IMG/VR virus record: IMGVR_UViG_3300022935_000010
Span: 32,001 to 96,000 of that record
Reading direction: 5' to 3' (one strand)
From: a virus
Length of the DNA stretch: 64,000 nucleotides
Shown here piece after piece: positions 45,974-56,536 of this stretch (its first letter is position 1; every line of letters starts with the position of its first letter). The translations under genes and the position numbers were made by a program. The notes under the pieces are model-generated. The model was not told the DNA's origin. It saw only the letters and a program-made list of their open reading frames with translations, and did no database searches.

Positions 45974-47363
45974 TTACACCCACTTTGATAAAAGACAGGT
46001 ACTTTCCTCTGCTGTATTAGGATTTGAGTTTGAATTCTTTTCTGAAATGGTTAGGGGAAGGATTACCGAGTCTTTGTCAAAATTGTTGGGTAAAAAAGTG
46101 ATGCTTTCCAATAAGTATCACTCGAAGGATCCAGTTAGCTCAGAGGTATTTAAGCTAGAGCCAGATTACTCTGGTGGTAGTAAAATGAATGAGTTGGTAA
46201 CGGGTCCTTTACCATATGCTGAAGCAATTCCCGTACTTATAAAAGTTCTAAAATGGATTGGCGAGAATGGGTGGACTACAGATAAATGTGCATTCCAATT
46301 TTCACTAAGTTTTGACAAGTTTGATAGATCTTTGAAAAGGATGGAGGAACTTGATAAGCTTAAATTTATACTAGGCATAGACGAGGGACTAATTTACTCA
46401 AAGTTTGGTAATAGAAAAAATAACGTTTACGCTAAGTCTATTAAAAGGGTAATTCCTAGAAATAGATTTTCGATACTAGAAAATGTTTCTTATATAGATC
46501 CAAAGCTTTTCAAGATACCTGAGGAGAAGTATTACGGTGCTAATTTTAGTAAAATTCCAAAGGGATACGTTGAGATAAGATATCTTGGTGGCAGGGATTA
46601 CCAGAAGAAAATAGGTGCAATTAGAGAAGTGATTGATTATGTCATTCTTTATACTCATGATATTCTTTCCGGTAGGTCTGTTTATGACAAAAATGATCTT
46701 GAGAATCTCAAGAAGATGATGAAAGAATATTCTAAGGTTGTTAGAAGTTTCTCAAATCCCGAAAGCTTCTTTAGCAACTTCCCAGATTTCCATCTTCTTG
46801 TAGATCTTAAGGGCTATGAAGAAAATATCAAAACCTATTTCCCTTACATAAGGGAAAAGATATTTGATTTGATAGTGGAGGGAAATGTGAGGAGCGGATT
46901 CTTCAATTATGATACCACCAATGGTAGATTCCAATTGAAGGATGCTAAGGTAAAAAACGCTTCTTATATAGACGATATGGATTTGGTTAATTGTAAAATC
47001 AGATCTTCAAAGTTGGATAATTGTAGATTATTCGGATCCGATATAAGGAATAGTGAAATATACAATTCAGAGATAACTAATTCGAATAGCATCCAAAAGT
47101 CTAAAATCAAAGATTGTAGCGCAGACTATGGAAATAAACTTATTGAATGCTACGTTGATTGTCCCGAAAAGATGATCGATTGTGAAATTACTGGTGGTGT
47201 CCTTAGAAAGGCAGATATCGGTAGAAATGCACAAGTAAGTAAGGAGACTGAAAAAGCAAAAGACTTTAATGAAATAAGGAAAAGTCGATTTATAACTGAT
47301 TCCAGACTAAAGAATCTGAACGATCCTATATCTAGAATAAAGTTTAAAAATCAGAATTACTAA
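45966..47363 (+). CDS. Putative amidoligase (COOH-NH2 ligase, Amidoligase_2-like) with C-terminal beta-helix-like repeats
   Basis: GFEFEF, EPDYS, ELVTGPL, T..KCAFQFS, KY..AN, VEIRYLGG; about 5-residue periodic I/L..S/C repeats at the C-terminus. Confidence 0.7.
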   Translation: MSNYTHFDKRQVLSSAVLGFEFEFFSEMVRGRITESLSKLLGKKVMLSNKYHSKDPVSSEVFKLEPDYSGGSKMNELVTGPLPYAEAIPVLIKVLKWIGENGWTTDKCAFQFSLSFDKFDRSLKRMEELDKLKFILGIDEGLIYSKFGNRKNNVYAKSIKRVIPRNRFSILENVSYIDPKLFKIPEEKYYGANFSKIPKGYVEIRYLGGRDYQKKIGAIREVIDYVILYTHDILSGRSVYDKNDLENLKKMMKEYSKVVRSFSNPESFFSNFPDFHLLVDLKGYEENIKTYFPYIREKIFDLIVEGNVRSGFFNYDTTNGRFQLKDAKVKNASYIDDMDLVNCKIRSSKLDNCRLFGSDIRNSEIYNSEITNSNSIQKSKIKDCSADYGNKLIECYVDCPEKMIDCEITGGVLRKADIGRNAQVSKETEKAKDFNEIRKSRFITDSRLKNLNDPISRIKFKNQNY

Positions 47364-47364
47364 C

Positions 47365-48141
47365 ATGACCTTAGAAGAACTAGTACAGGAAATTAAGGAC
47401 GATCTTTCAGCAAGTTGCTCTTTACCCTATAATCTTAATGATGATGAAATACACAGAATCATAAGAAGGGCAAAGTTGTATATGTATGACAACTATCAAT
47501 ATGCTGCTGAGGAAAGGGTTTTTATCCTTGCCAACAACCTATTCGGTCATGAGGAGTTTAGAAGAACCCGCCAGATAAAACTGCCAGAGAAGATTGTCAG
47601 TGTTTATGATGTAAGAGAAGTTAATGGAATGGGTATTGCAGGAACTCCAGATAGGGATTTTGGTGACTCTAAACTTCTTGGGTCTGAACTTCTGTTATCT
47701 CCTTTTACTGGGGATAACCTAGTTTATAGGACAGTTATGTATTCTTACTTTGATCTTGCACAAGCATATCTACTACCGACATTTGCATTTAAGTTTAATA
47801 AAAACAATAAGAAACTTACCATTCTAGGTAGAGATCCAAATAGATCTGGATCTGGTGGCGTAGGCACAGGCTATAACCAAAACGGTATGGATGTGGCTGT
47901 AAGATGTTTTATTGCTATTGATGATTATGAACTATACGACGACGAGTTGTTTGTTAGATACTGCTTAGCTAAGGCAAAGATTTCTCTCTCCAGGGTGTTA
48001 AGCGCTTTTGATTATAACCTTCCTGGTGGTGTAAGAGTAAATACGTCGGAACTTAGATCTGATGGAGAAAGAGAACTTCAAGAGGTCATGGATATGATCA
48101 ACGGGGAGAACACTCCTTCTTATTTCTTACAGTGGAACTAA
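47365..48141 (+). CDS. Neck/head-tail adaptor protein, T4 gp13-like
   Basis: L.D.EI..II..A, FNKNNKKL.I, Y..AKAK....RVL..F...LPGGV.VN..EL..DG..E match the gp13 pattern. Confidence 0.75.
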   Translation: MTLEELVQEIKDDLSASCSLPYNLNDDEIHRIIRRAKLYMYDNYQYAAEERVFILANNLFGHEEFRRTRQIKLPEKIVSVYDVREVNGMGIAGTPDRDFGDSKLLGSELLLSPFTGDNLVYRTVMYSYFDLAQAYLLPTFAFKFNKNNKKLTILGRDPNRSGSGGVGTGYNQNGMDVAVRCFIAIDDYELYDDELFVRYCLAKAKISLSRVLSAFDYNLPGGVRVNTSELRSDGERELQEVMDMINGENTPSYFLQWN

Positions 48142-48172
48142 TCTTGATATATATGGGGAATTAAAATTTCCC

Positions 48173-48544
48173 ATGGTAGAGATTTATAACAGAGACCCTT
48201 CTGATCCAAATTACAAGGAAAATATTGTTGAGATAACTCAACCGGTTGAAATTTGTATAGGTCAACTGAAAATGCTTCTCCTTACTAATAAGGGAGAAGT
48301 CCTTGGTGACCCTAAATTCGGACTTAATCTTGAGGATTTGGTTTTTAGTTTAGAACTATCCGAAAAAACGTTAAGAGATGAAATAGAGAAGGGACTTAGA
48401 TTCTATGTACCCCTGTTTGCTCAATTGGGTGGATATTTTGATTTGAAATTTTACCAGGGTACCGAAAGGGACATCTGTTTGCTTGATTTTTATATACCAA
48501 GTTCGGGTGACCAAAGCCCAACAATATCATTGAAAGTAAGTTAA
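48173..48544 (+). CDS. Baseplate wedge subunit, gp25-like
   Basis: LLLTNKGEVLGDPKFG.NL..LVF signature; GATATATA at 48146-48153. Confidence 0.85.
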   Translation: MVEIYNRDPSDPNYKENIVEITQPVEICIGQLKMLLLTNKGEVLGDPKFGLNLEDLVFSLELSEKTLRDEIEKGLRFYVPLFAQLGGYFDLKFYQGTERDICLLDFYIPSSGDQSPTISLKVS

Positions 48545-48548
48545 GAAG

Positions 48549-50318
48549 ATGGCTAACAATATTTTTAGAAAAAATAACATCCTTATCAAAGGGCTTCTTG
48601 GGGATTCCTTTGAATTTCTACAAAGGACCTATAATCAGACAAGGAACGTCTTTACTGTATCCTCTGCCTGGGGACAGATACTTTTTGTTCTTGAAAACCT
48701 TTCCCAACTTATTCTTTACTTCATAGAGGATTCTATCACTGAACTTAACATGCAAGAGGCAACTAGAAGTTATTCTATAAAAAGTTTGGCCAGAATTGCA
48801 GGATATGATCCAGTAAGGGGTATGTCTGCACAAGGGGAAGCATCTGTAGCCTGGAACTTGAGAGAAGATGATGCAGGCGGCGGCGCTGTCATACTAAGTA
48901 ACAACCCAAAGATACAAAGTATCCAAAATGGTCTTCCATATACAATTGTATTGAATTCACCTTCTGTAAAGATACCTTTAACAAGAGGAAAAAAGTACAA
49001 TTTTAAGATAGTCCAAGGTTCCTTTTCTACCTCCACGTTTACTGGAACTGGACTTTCATTGCAGAGCTTCAATCTTCCATCTAAAGCTGGTGCATACATT
49101 GATCAGTTTTATGTGGATGTATATGTTAACGGTAACAAATGGGAAAGATATGAATCCTTATATGACATACCATTAAATGGAGAGGGCTACTTAGTAAAGA
49201 GTGGAATTGGTGAAGGTATAGACATATATTTTGGAAATAATAATTTTGGTAAAATACCACAATCTGGGAGTATCATAACTGTAGAGTATTTGCAAACCTC
49301 GGGGTTCAGTGGTAATCTACAATCAAGATCTGATACAAACCTTACTTATAGATTCCTTGATAGTGGCACGGATCTTTTTGGTAATGACGTAAATCTTAAT
49401 AACTACCTTACAGTAACGGGATTGCTTGATCCAAGCTTTGGTGCAGATCCAGAACCCATAGAACTGACAAGATTAGTTGCTCCTAAAACAAGTAGGTCTT
49501 ATGTTTTTGCTAATTCTGAGAATTATGAGATTTATTTGCAAAAGCTAAATATATTCTCACAAATACAGGCTTTCTCAACTTTTGATGATGAATACCTGGA
49601 TGACGACAATGTTGTTTACATTTTCTTAGTCCCAGATGTAACTATTTCTCTTACCTCAAACCAAGACTACTTTGATATACCTCAGAGTCAGTTTTTGCTT
49701 ACACAGTCTCAAAAGCTTTCTTTACTTAATTTGATAGAAGATTCTGGTAGAATGATAGCAACTACTGTTGTTAAAATATTAGATTCTGAGATAAAAAGGT
49801 TTGTTGGAAATGTGTCTATGTCTATTTTCGAAGGATATGATCCTGAGATTCTTAAGGATATTATCAGGGAAAGAATATCAGAATACATGCTTAATCTTAA
49901 AAGGAGGGATAGGATACCAAAGTCTGATATAATTGCTATTATAGAAGGCGTCGAAGGTGTAGATTCAGTTTCTTTCTTCTTTGTAGGTGAGGACAATGAA
50001 AGATATCATGAAACTGTGGATAATCTATCGAACGCATCTAATGCACAGCTTGAAAGACAAATTGGGATGGATGAGTATGGTGATATAATTATAGGAAGGG
50101 GTGAACTTGTTCTTCTTCGAGGTGGATGGTCTGATAGATATGGAACTACTTATGAAGAGGGAATTGTTACTGGTAAGCCCTCCGCATTAAATATTTCAAT
50201 TTCGAGCATTAACCCAAGAAACTTCTTGAATGAATTAAATGCTAAAGCCAAAGCAAATCTCGTAAATGCTGATAGAAATTCGCTTAGTAATACGAGATCA
50301 ATGAGATCAACGCTATGA
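48549..50318 (+). CDS. Baseplate wedge subunit, gp6-like
   Basis: A.R.YSI.SLA.IAGY.P, V.VNG..W, IYFGN..FGKIP..G..I.VEYL.TSG..GN, GADPE.IE..RL.AP. Confidence 0.85.
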   Translation: MANNIFRKNNILIKGLLGDSFEFLQRTYNQTRNVFTVSSAWGQILFVLENLSQLILYFIEDSITELNMQEATRSYSIKSLARIAGYDPVRGMSAQGEASVAWNLREDDAGGGAVILSNNPKIQSIQNGLPYTIVLNSPSVKIPLTRGKKYNFKIVQGSFSTSTFTGTGLSLQSFNLPSKAGAYIDQFYVDVYVNGNKWERYESLYDIPLNGEGYLVKSGIGEGIDIYFGNNNFGKIPQSGSIITVEYLQTSGFSGNLQSRSDTNLTYRFLDSGTDLFGNDVNLNNYLTVTGLLDPSFGADPEPIELTRLVAPKTSRSYVFANSENYEIYLQKLNIFSQIQAFSTFDDEYLDDDNVVYIFLVPDVTISLTSNQDYFDIPQSQFLLTQSQKLSLLNLIEDSGRMIATTVVKILDSEIKRFVGNVSMSIFEGYDPEILKDIIRERISEYMLNLKRRDRIPKSDIIAIIEGVEGVDSVSFFFVGEDNERYHETVDNLSNASNAQLERQIGMDEYGDIIIGRGELVLLRGGWSDRYGTTYEEGIVTGKPSALNISISSINPRNFLNELNAKAKANLVNADRNSLSNTRSMRSTL

Positions 50319-50845
50319 GAAACCGTAACTATACACCGTACCTACCCCCAGTAGAGACTAGTTATACAGTAAGAGGATTTAAGTTTAGAACTTATACTAC
50401 TGACTTTGAAACCTCTGATGATCTCTATAAAAGCATTTCAGATGCTGAAGAAAGAGCATATAATATAGGATGCTCTGGCTATAGAAAAGTTACAACGGAT
50501 GCTTTAGGTACACAGCTTTATGGACCTTGTTCGGACCTTAATACATATGTAAATATTACAAAAGATATTAAACCGAAAGCAATGGAAAGGAGATATTATG
50601 AATTTGATCCAACCGAAAATATCTATGATGTAAGGGCTTCGATAAATGATGATGTGAAAGAGGGATTTGATTATAAAAACCAAATTTTTGAAAAAACACT
50701 ATCTAACGTGCTGTTTAGAGACCCACAAAAGATAGCAATCCTGAATAATATGCAAAGGGTAGTTTTTGCACTTATTGAGTCTGTTAAGCAGATAAGGAAT
50801 TTTTTCAACTACACAGTACCTTTCAATAATAAAAGAGTATTCTAA
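50315..50845 (+). CDS. Hypothetical baseplate-associated protein
   Basis: ATGA overlap with gp6; AEERA..IGCSG...YGPC two-Cys motif. Confidence 0.6.
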   Translation: MRNRNYTPYLPPVETSYTVRGFKFRTYTTDFETSDDLYKSISDAEERAYNIGCSGYRKVTTDALGTQLYGPCSDLNTYVNITKDIKPKAMERRYYEFDPTENIYDVRASINDDVKEGFDYKNQIFEKTLSNVLFRDPQKIAILNNMQRVVFALIESVKQIRNFFNYTVPFNNKRVF

Positions 50846-50847
50846 AA

Positions 50848-53800
50848 ATGGCTGATAGGCATTTAAGATTTTATAATAAACAGGGAAATCCTTTAAATTT
50901 TGAGTATGTTGGAGCTACAGCTTCAACTCCCTTAACTTACACTTTCAATTACGAGACCTCTTCTGGAAATACAACACCCGCTGCTGGTAAGGTTTCTTTG
51001 ATATCTTTATCTAGTAATGTGATCTATTTGAACAGTGTTGATCTTAACGGTTTTAACATTAGCCAATGGGCAGAAACAGTAAATACCAAAACCCAGCAGG
51101 GCGGAAAAATAAGTTTAAAGCTTAATATACAACCTGCTAATGTAATTGTTGCTGCTATATCTTCAGCTTCGGTTGCTTCTGGGATTGTTACACTAAACCT
51201 AAGTTCGTTTACTGGACCCTCCGCAATATCGAATGGGAATATTGCTTATTGTGAAACCTTGTCGCAGGACCTTCCTGGCGGTTATTTTAAGGGAAGTATA
51301 TTCTTTGAACCCGTTTCTGCTGGTCTGTACGAGAATGAGCAGATTTTTGTTTTGCAAGAGTTTAAGGATTCTTCGAGTGGATTAAACTTTATAGGGTTTC
51401 CACATACTGGTGCTACGGGAGCTACCGGATCACCCTTATGGAGATCGAGATGGGAAAATGATTCCTATGGTGATGTAGATGTTTCTAATGTTATCTTCAC
51501 GTATAAGATAACTGAGAATGATCCCGAACTTGGGGGTGATCCTACTATAACAAACTACCAAAATATAGTTTTTCCGGTAGTTCAAAATGCTTCTGATCTC
51601 TATTCAAACGGTTATGTTTCTACTCCAGAAGCAGCAACACCTTCAAGGTCTCTTCAGATAAACATCGCAATTAATGCCCCTGAGCAGGGAGCAGAGGTAT
51701 ACGAGAGAAAGCTTATAGTAGAAGATATTACTTCAGGATCCCCCTCTAAGGTTGCTGAAATAGAATTCTATGGACAGGTGGTTGGTTCTGACGAAAGACT
51801 TGACGTACTTACAAGAAATCTTGGTAGAGCATTTTTGGCTGAAGATTCAACTATTCTTAGAAATCACGATCCAGATGAACCACTTCCTGATTACATTGAG
51901 ATAAATGAGAAAAGAAAGGAATTGATGGTAGCTGGGGAAGAGATCTTCCCCTACATAGGAAGTTATAAGGGATTAATAGGTGCTCTTAAATTCTTTGGTT
52001 ACCAAGACCTGAGGATAAAGGAATATTGGCTTAATTTAAATTACCAAAGAGTAAATCTTACACCTCTCCAGGAAAATAAAATATTCTTAGACAATTACAA
52101 CAATACCAAGACGCCAAACCAAACGGTTTTGATTGCTGACGTCCTTGATAATGAAAATAGTGGTAAGTACAGGCTAGAGCAAACATATGGACCTAACTCG
52201 GATGGTGAATATGTACTTGATGTCTCGTCTGAAAATACACTTGTTCCTTCAAGGACTTATAAGAAGACCTCTTTATTTGGTCTCTATTATGACATCAATA
52301 CTACTTCCTCCCAAGAGGATCCTTATGGATATCCTGTCACCCCAGAATCCTTTACCTTTACTCAAGAGGAAGTCCTTGTTAAACTTTTTGCACTTAAGGA
52401 AAGACTTAAGCAAAGTTATCTTCCACTCAATGCCAGGATAATTGATATAACTGGTGAGGGTGTTTATTATAATGTTTATAACACAAAAGCTTGGTCCGAT
52501 ACTTTAGAAAGAGATGAGATTGACTCCGGTAACAATATTAATTTTATAACTAATCCAGATTTTGGGTTTATAGAAGATCTTAGAGCATTTGGTATAAGAA
52601 CTGACGCTAAGTCTATCCAATCCCCTATGAACTATAATAATGTGGTTGATATAGATGTGCAAGTTATAGGGCCTTCTGGAGATGCTTTTAGGTTCTCCAC
52701 AACAAATACATTAAACCCGACACTCTCAATACAAAGGGGAAGGGAATATAATTTCAATCTTGTTACAAGCGGATTTGATCTTTACTTTACTACTGATGCT
52801 TCTTTAGCTCAGGTAGATCCTGTTGGAATTTCAAATAATGGTTCAACCGGCGGTGTTGTTAGAATAGGTGTTAATCCTAGTGCAACTGGCCCATATTATT
52901 ACTACTCCTCCGTTAATCCTTCTAAGATGAATGGAACCGTAACAATTACGGATTCTCCGGTTTCCGATTTTGGTAATGTAGTTAAACCGCTTCATAATAA
53001 CCAAAGATATACCGCAAGTCAAAATGCAAGCCTTTTAACTGCTATTTCTAATTTTTACACCAAGAAAATGAATGGTGAGATTAGAAACCTTGGCGATAAC
53101 ATTTCGACATCATTCCCTATTGAAGATTGCGGGGTTGATATAGGAATGCCTGTGGTGCTTGAATTTATTCCTGACACCTGGGATTGGGATGAAATGGGCA
53201 TGTCTTGGGACTCTTTAGAACTTCCTTCTTTTACTTTGAGTGATAGTAGGTCACTTACTTGGAGAACAATAGATTTCTCAGCTTACAACGAGATAGAATG
53301 GGTTATAAACAAGTCCCAAAACCAGGTTGGTTCTGGTTATAATTTTTCATATAGGGGCTATGCAGTTGATTTTTATAAGTTAGCTCACTTTTTACCATAT
53401 ACCGGCGAGTATGACGTTACCTGTTATCTGTATGATGCTTTTAACTTTAAAAATAGGAAAATTGTTAAATCCTCCATCACAGTATCCCCCAGGACAACAT
53501 TATTGGATGGGTGGACAAGATATAGGGAGAATGAGAAATATTCTTGGGATTTAACCATTAGAGATTGGGATAGCTATGACTCCATGTGGGAATATCCAGC
53601 AGAGGGTAAAACCTATGATGAAACTAAAAAAGAAATTCCAGAGGCAATATTAGATTTCGCTGTTTATGGTAATAATGCAATAGACGGACAGATATTTAAG
53701 GTTGGAAAAAATGTACCTGCTATAGGTGCTTCGGGGAATATCCGACTAAATCAGAACATACTAAGTGTTTCGAGGATTTATTCTACTTTGATATCTGGTA

Positions 53801-54879
53801 GTCAATATGGCTTTGCTAATGTGTTTACTACACAACCTCATAATTTTGTAGAAGGATCTGAGGTGTTTATAACTGGTAGTATTGACGACTTGAATAAATC
53901 TTGGAAAGTGTCTATCCCATCTGGGGCCACTGGATATTCTTTCCAAATTCCCTATATCTTGAGTAATCAAGCGGGTGTAGGTGCTACGTCTGGTCCTTCC
54001 TCGATTGCTGGGGGTACTGGATATTATGTACTTCCCGATTCATATCCAGCACAAAAGGTAACTGGTGGTGGATCTATTAGTGTTTCCATAAATGGTAGAG
54101 TAATAGGTGCAACATCTTCGGGTTCTAATTTGCAATCTACAGCTAACTCGATTATTAAGGAGATAAACTCAGTTGTTACACAACCCGACTATTTTGCCCA
54201 GACTTTTGATCCTACAGAGAATCCAGTAAATGTGAATCTAGTTGCTGATACTGAAAGTGGCAATATTGGAAATGGTGATAAAATAACTGTTGCCCTAACT
54301 GGATCTTTAATTCTGGCTTCTGCAGATAGTGAACTTTCTGGTGGTGCTACTGGAGGATTTAGATATGTCGATTGGGATGCTTCTTCCGGAACAAATCCGG
54401 TTGAGAATTTAAAATACTTCGGTACTAAAAACCTTAAGTGGCAAACTTTTACCAATGCTTCTTGGGATAATGCTTATGCACATTCTTGGGATGATTTTGA
54501 ATATGAAAACGGATGGCTTGGTGGATATGAAATCCACAGTTCAAAGCCTGGAGATAACGTAAAGGCAAGTGTTGGCAATGAGACATTACCTTTCCCAATT
54601 GGTGTAACCTTTACTGCTAGCTCTGGTACTGGTGCTTCTGCAAGTTTAACTCTTGGATCAGCGGCAAGTCAATTAAATGCTTCTAATGATCCTAACATTA
54701 CTAATTTTTACTATAGAGTAATTCCAGAGACATCAACTGCTACATTAACTACTGCAGGACCGACTTCGGTGTCTATTTATCCATTTGCTGCTACTGGAGG
54801 AACGGGGGCTGTTCCAGCATCAGTTCCTGGTGCACCACCGCCTTTGTTAGTATCCTTCACGGTAGCAACAGGACCATAA
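50848..54879 (+). CDS. Large baseplate/tail structural protein (gp7-like core with accessory beta domains)
   Basis: IGSYKGLI.AL.FFGY..L.IKEYW resembles the gp7/tail protein I motif; G/T/S-rich domains and Trp-periodic segments. Confidence 0.6.
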   Translation: MADRHLRFYNKQGNPLNFEYVGATASTPLTYTFNYETSSGNTTPAAGKVSLISLSSNVIYLNSVDLNGFNISQWAETVNTKTQQGGKISLKLNIQPANVIVAAISSASVASGIVTLNLSSFTGPSAISNGNIAYCETLSQDLPGGYFKGSIFFEPVSAGLYENEQIFVLQEFKDSSSGLNFIGFPHTGATGATGSPLWRSRWENDSYGDVDVSNVIFTYKITENDPELGGDPTITNYQNIVFPVVQNASDLYSNGYVSTPEAATPSRSLQINIAINAPEQGAEVYERKLIVEDITSGSPSKVAEIEFYGQVVGSDERLDVLTRNLGRAFLAEDSTILRNHDPDEPLPDYIEINEKRKELMVAGEEIFPYIGSYKGLIGALKFFGYQDLRIKEYWLNLNYQRVNLTPLQENKIFLDNYNNTKTPNQTVLIADVLDNENSGKYRLEQTYGPNSDGEYVLDVSSENTLVPSRTYKKTSLFGLYYDINTTSSQEDPYGYPVTPESFTFTQEEVLVKLFALKERLKQSYLPLNARIIDITGEGVYYNVYNTKAWSDTLERDEIDSGNNINFITNPDFGFIEDLRAFGIRTDAKSIQSPMNYNNVVDIDVQVIGPSGDAFRFSTTNTLNPTLSIQRGREYNFNLVTSGFDLYFTTDASLAQVDPVGISNNGSTGGVVRIGVNPSATGPYYYYSSVNPSKMNGTVTITDSPVSDFGNVVKPLHNNQRYTASQNASLLTAISNFYTKKMNGEIRNLGDNISTSFPIEDCGVDIGMPVVLEFIPDTWDWDEMGMSWDSLELPSFTLSDSRSLTWRTIDFSAYNEIEWVINKSQNQVGSGYNFSYRGYAVDFYKLAHFLPYTGEYDVTCYLYDAFNFKNRKIVKSSITVSPRTTLLDGWTRYRENEKYSWDLTIRDWDSYDSMWEYPAEGKTYDETKKEIPEAILDFAVYGNNAIDGQIFKVGKNVPAIGASGNIRLNQNILSVSRIYSTLISGSQYGFANVFTTQPHNFVEGSEVFITGSIDDLNKSWKVSIPSGATGYSFQIPYILSNQAGVGATSGPSSIAGGTGYYVLPDSYPAQKVTGGGSISVSINGRVIGATSSGSNLQSTANSIIKEINSVVTQPDYFAQTFDPTENPVNVNLVADTESGNIGNGDKITVALTGSLILASADSELSGGATGGFRYVDWDASSGTNPVENLKYFGTKNLKWQTFTNASWDNAYAHSWDDFEYENGWLGGYEIHSSKPGDNVKASVGNETLPFPIGVTFTASSGTGASASLTLGSAASQLNASNDPNITNFYYRVIPETSTATLTTAGPTSVSIYPFAATGGTGAVPASVPGAPPPLLVSFTVATGP

Positions 54880-54892
54880 AATACAGAAAAGA

Positions 54893-56515
54893 ATGGCTTC
54901 AAATATTCAAATATACGAGACACAATCAGTTATCTATACGGATACAACCTCTGGTGGATTTCCTCCGTATTCTAGAAGATGGAACTTCACAGGTGGAAAT
55001 ATTTCAAGTGCTACTGGTGCCACTGCTTTGGTTAGATATAACAACCCCGGTACATATACCGCAACATTAACTGTAACTGATTTTAATAACATAACAGCAT
55101 CTTTTTCTTCAACTAATGGTATAGAGGTATTAGCATCTTCTGTTTCTGCATCGTTTACAGTTAATCCGACTTTGATCCTGATGGATCAGTCTACACAGTT
55201 TACCGACACTTCAACAGGTGCACCTGAGGATCCAACTTCTTTTCAATGGGACGTTGGTGGATCATCATATTCTACATCACAAAATCCAACACTTAGCTAT
55301 GATAATTGGCAGAACGTACCGGGAGCAGCTCTTAGTGCACTTCCTGGTGCCACTGTAAGTGTTACTGTTGAATTAACTGCTACTAGCTCTTTTGGTAGTG
55401 ATTCAGCATCTTCTTCCGTAAGTGTAAAAAAGCTGGGGCAAACAACAGTCAACACTATAAACAAGAGTTCTGGAGGACTTTCTTATTACCCGGAGGTTTC
55501 TATTATATCAACTGGAGTTAGAGCTTCTGCTTTTGGATATCCAACTAGCTCTGAAATTTTTGAGCTAGATTATTCGTCCGCTAAAGTCCAGGTTGTAGAT
55601 GGATTCCATTCTACCCAAGAAGAAGCTTACATATTGATGACTGGTCTTGGTGGAATTCCATCTTTTGTAACAGAGGGGGTTGCTCGAGTTAATGGATATC
55701 TAGTAATTGAGGATGCGCTTTATGGTTTGGGTGTTCCTGAAATTTCAGTTGGAAAATACATATGGGACCGTGTTAACTCTGGAGGCCCAGTTACGTCACT
55801 TTACTTTGCAGACGATGGATCAACAGGAAATTTAACAGATCTTATTACCACTACTGGTTATAGCACAACATTGGTTGCTTCGATAATGGATAATCTATAT
55901 CCTCAACTCAACTCTACCCAAAGTGATTATTGGAGTCCTGCTTTCCCGCTCACCACTGTGAGCATAACAGGAAAAAATCCGGTTATTTATGCTACCCAAT
56001 ATTTCACTAATAGGTCCATTACCGGAGTCAACTACGAGGTCTATATTGATATAAATGGTGGAAGTACAAGGATTACATGTGCGTTCAACGCTAATTCGGG
56101 TCAGGGTAACGAAAGTGGTGGTAATTTTGAATACTATGTAATGCAGGATGTTGCTGGTAATAGTGGTGCTGCAACTCAGCTTAATGCCGCCATTACTGCA
56201 ACTCTTGGGAGCACGAGTGATATCGAGTTTACTGCTGTTCAGGACTTTAATATTAATTCCAGTGGAACCCCAGCTAGTTATTATGGGTTAAAAATGGAGG
56301 TAAAGAATACTTCAATTGAATCGGTGGTGTTAGGGGATAACTCTACAACATTAAATGCCACATATAGTCTTAACTTAGCCCCATTCACATACCAATATAG
56401 TAGCGGGTCAGCAGGAATTATTTCTTGTTCTGGAATGCCACCACAATTAAACCTAGGATTTGACGACTATTTTACAACAGGAAAATCCATAAATTATGGT
56501 GGTTCTATATTCTAA
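54893..56515 (+). CDS. PKD-domain virion structural protein
   Basis: W.F.GG.......V.Y..PGTY.ATLTVT and ASF.V......FTDTSTG.P.SFQWD.G....S..QNP are PKD repeats. Confidence 0.75.
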   Translation: MASNIQIYETQSVIYTDTTSGGFPPYSRRWNFTGGNISSATGATALVRYNNPGTYTATLTVTDFNNITASFSSTNGIEVLASSVSASFTVNPTLILMDQSTQFTDTSTGAPEDPTSFQWDVGGSSYSTSQNPTLSYDNWQNVPGAALSALPGATVSVTVELTATSSFGSDSASSSVSVKKLGQTTVNTINKSSGGLSYYPEVSIISTGVRASAFGYPTSSEIFELDYSSAKVQVVDGFHSTQEEAYILMTGLGGIPSFVTEGVARVNGYLVIEDALYGLGVPEISVGKYIWDRVNSGGPVTSLYFADDGSTGNLTDLITTTGYSTTLVASIMDNLYPQLNSTQSDYWSPAFPLTTVSITGKNPVIYATQYFTNRSITGVNYEVYIDINGGSTRITCAFNANSGQGNESGGNFEYYVMQDVAGNSGAATQLNAAITATLGSTSDIEFTAVQDFNINSSGTPASYYGLKMEVKNTSIESVVLGDNSTTLNATYSLNLAPFTYQYSSGSAGIISCSGMPPQLNLGFDDYFTTGKSINYGGSIF

Positions 56516-56536
56516 AATTTTGATAAATACTAAATA

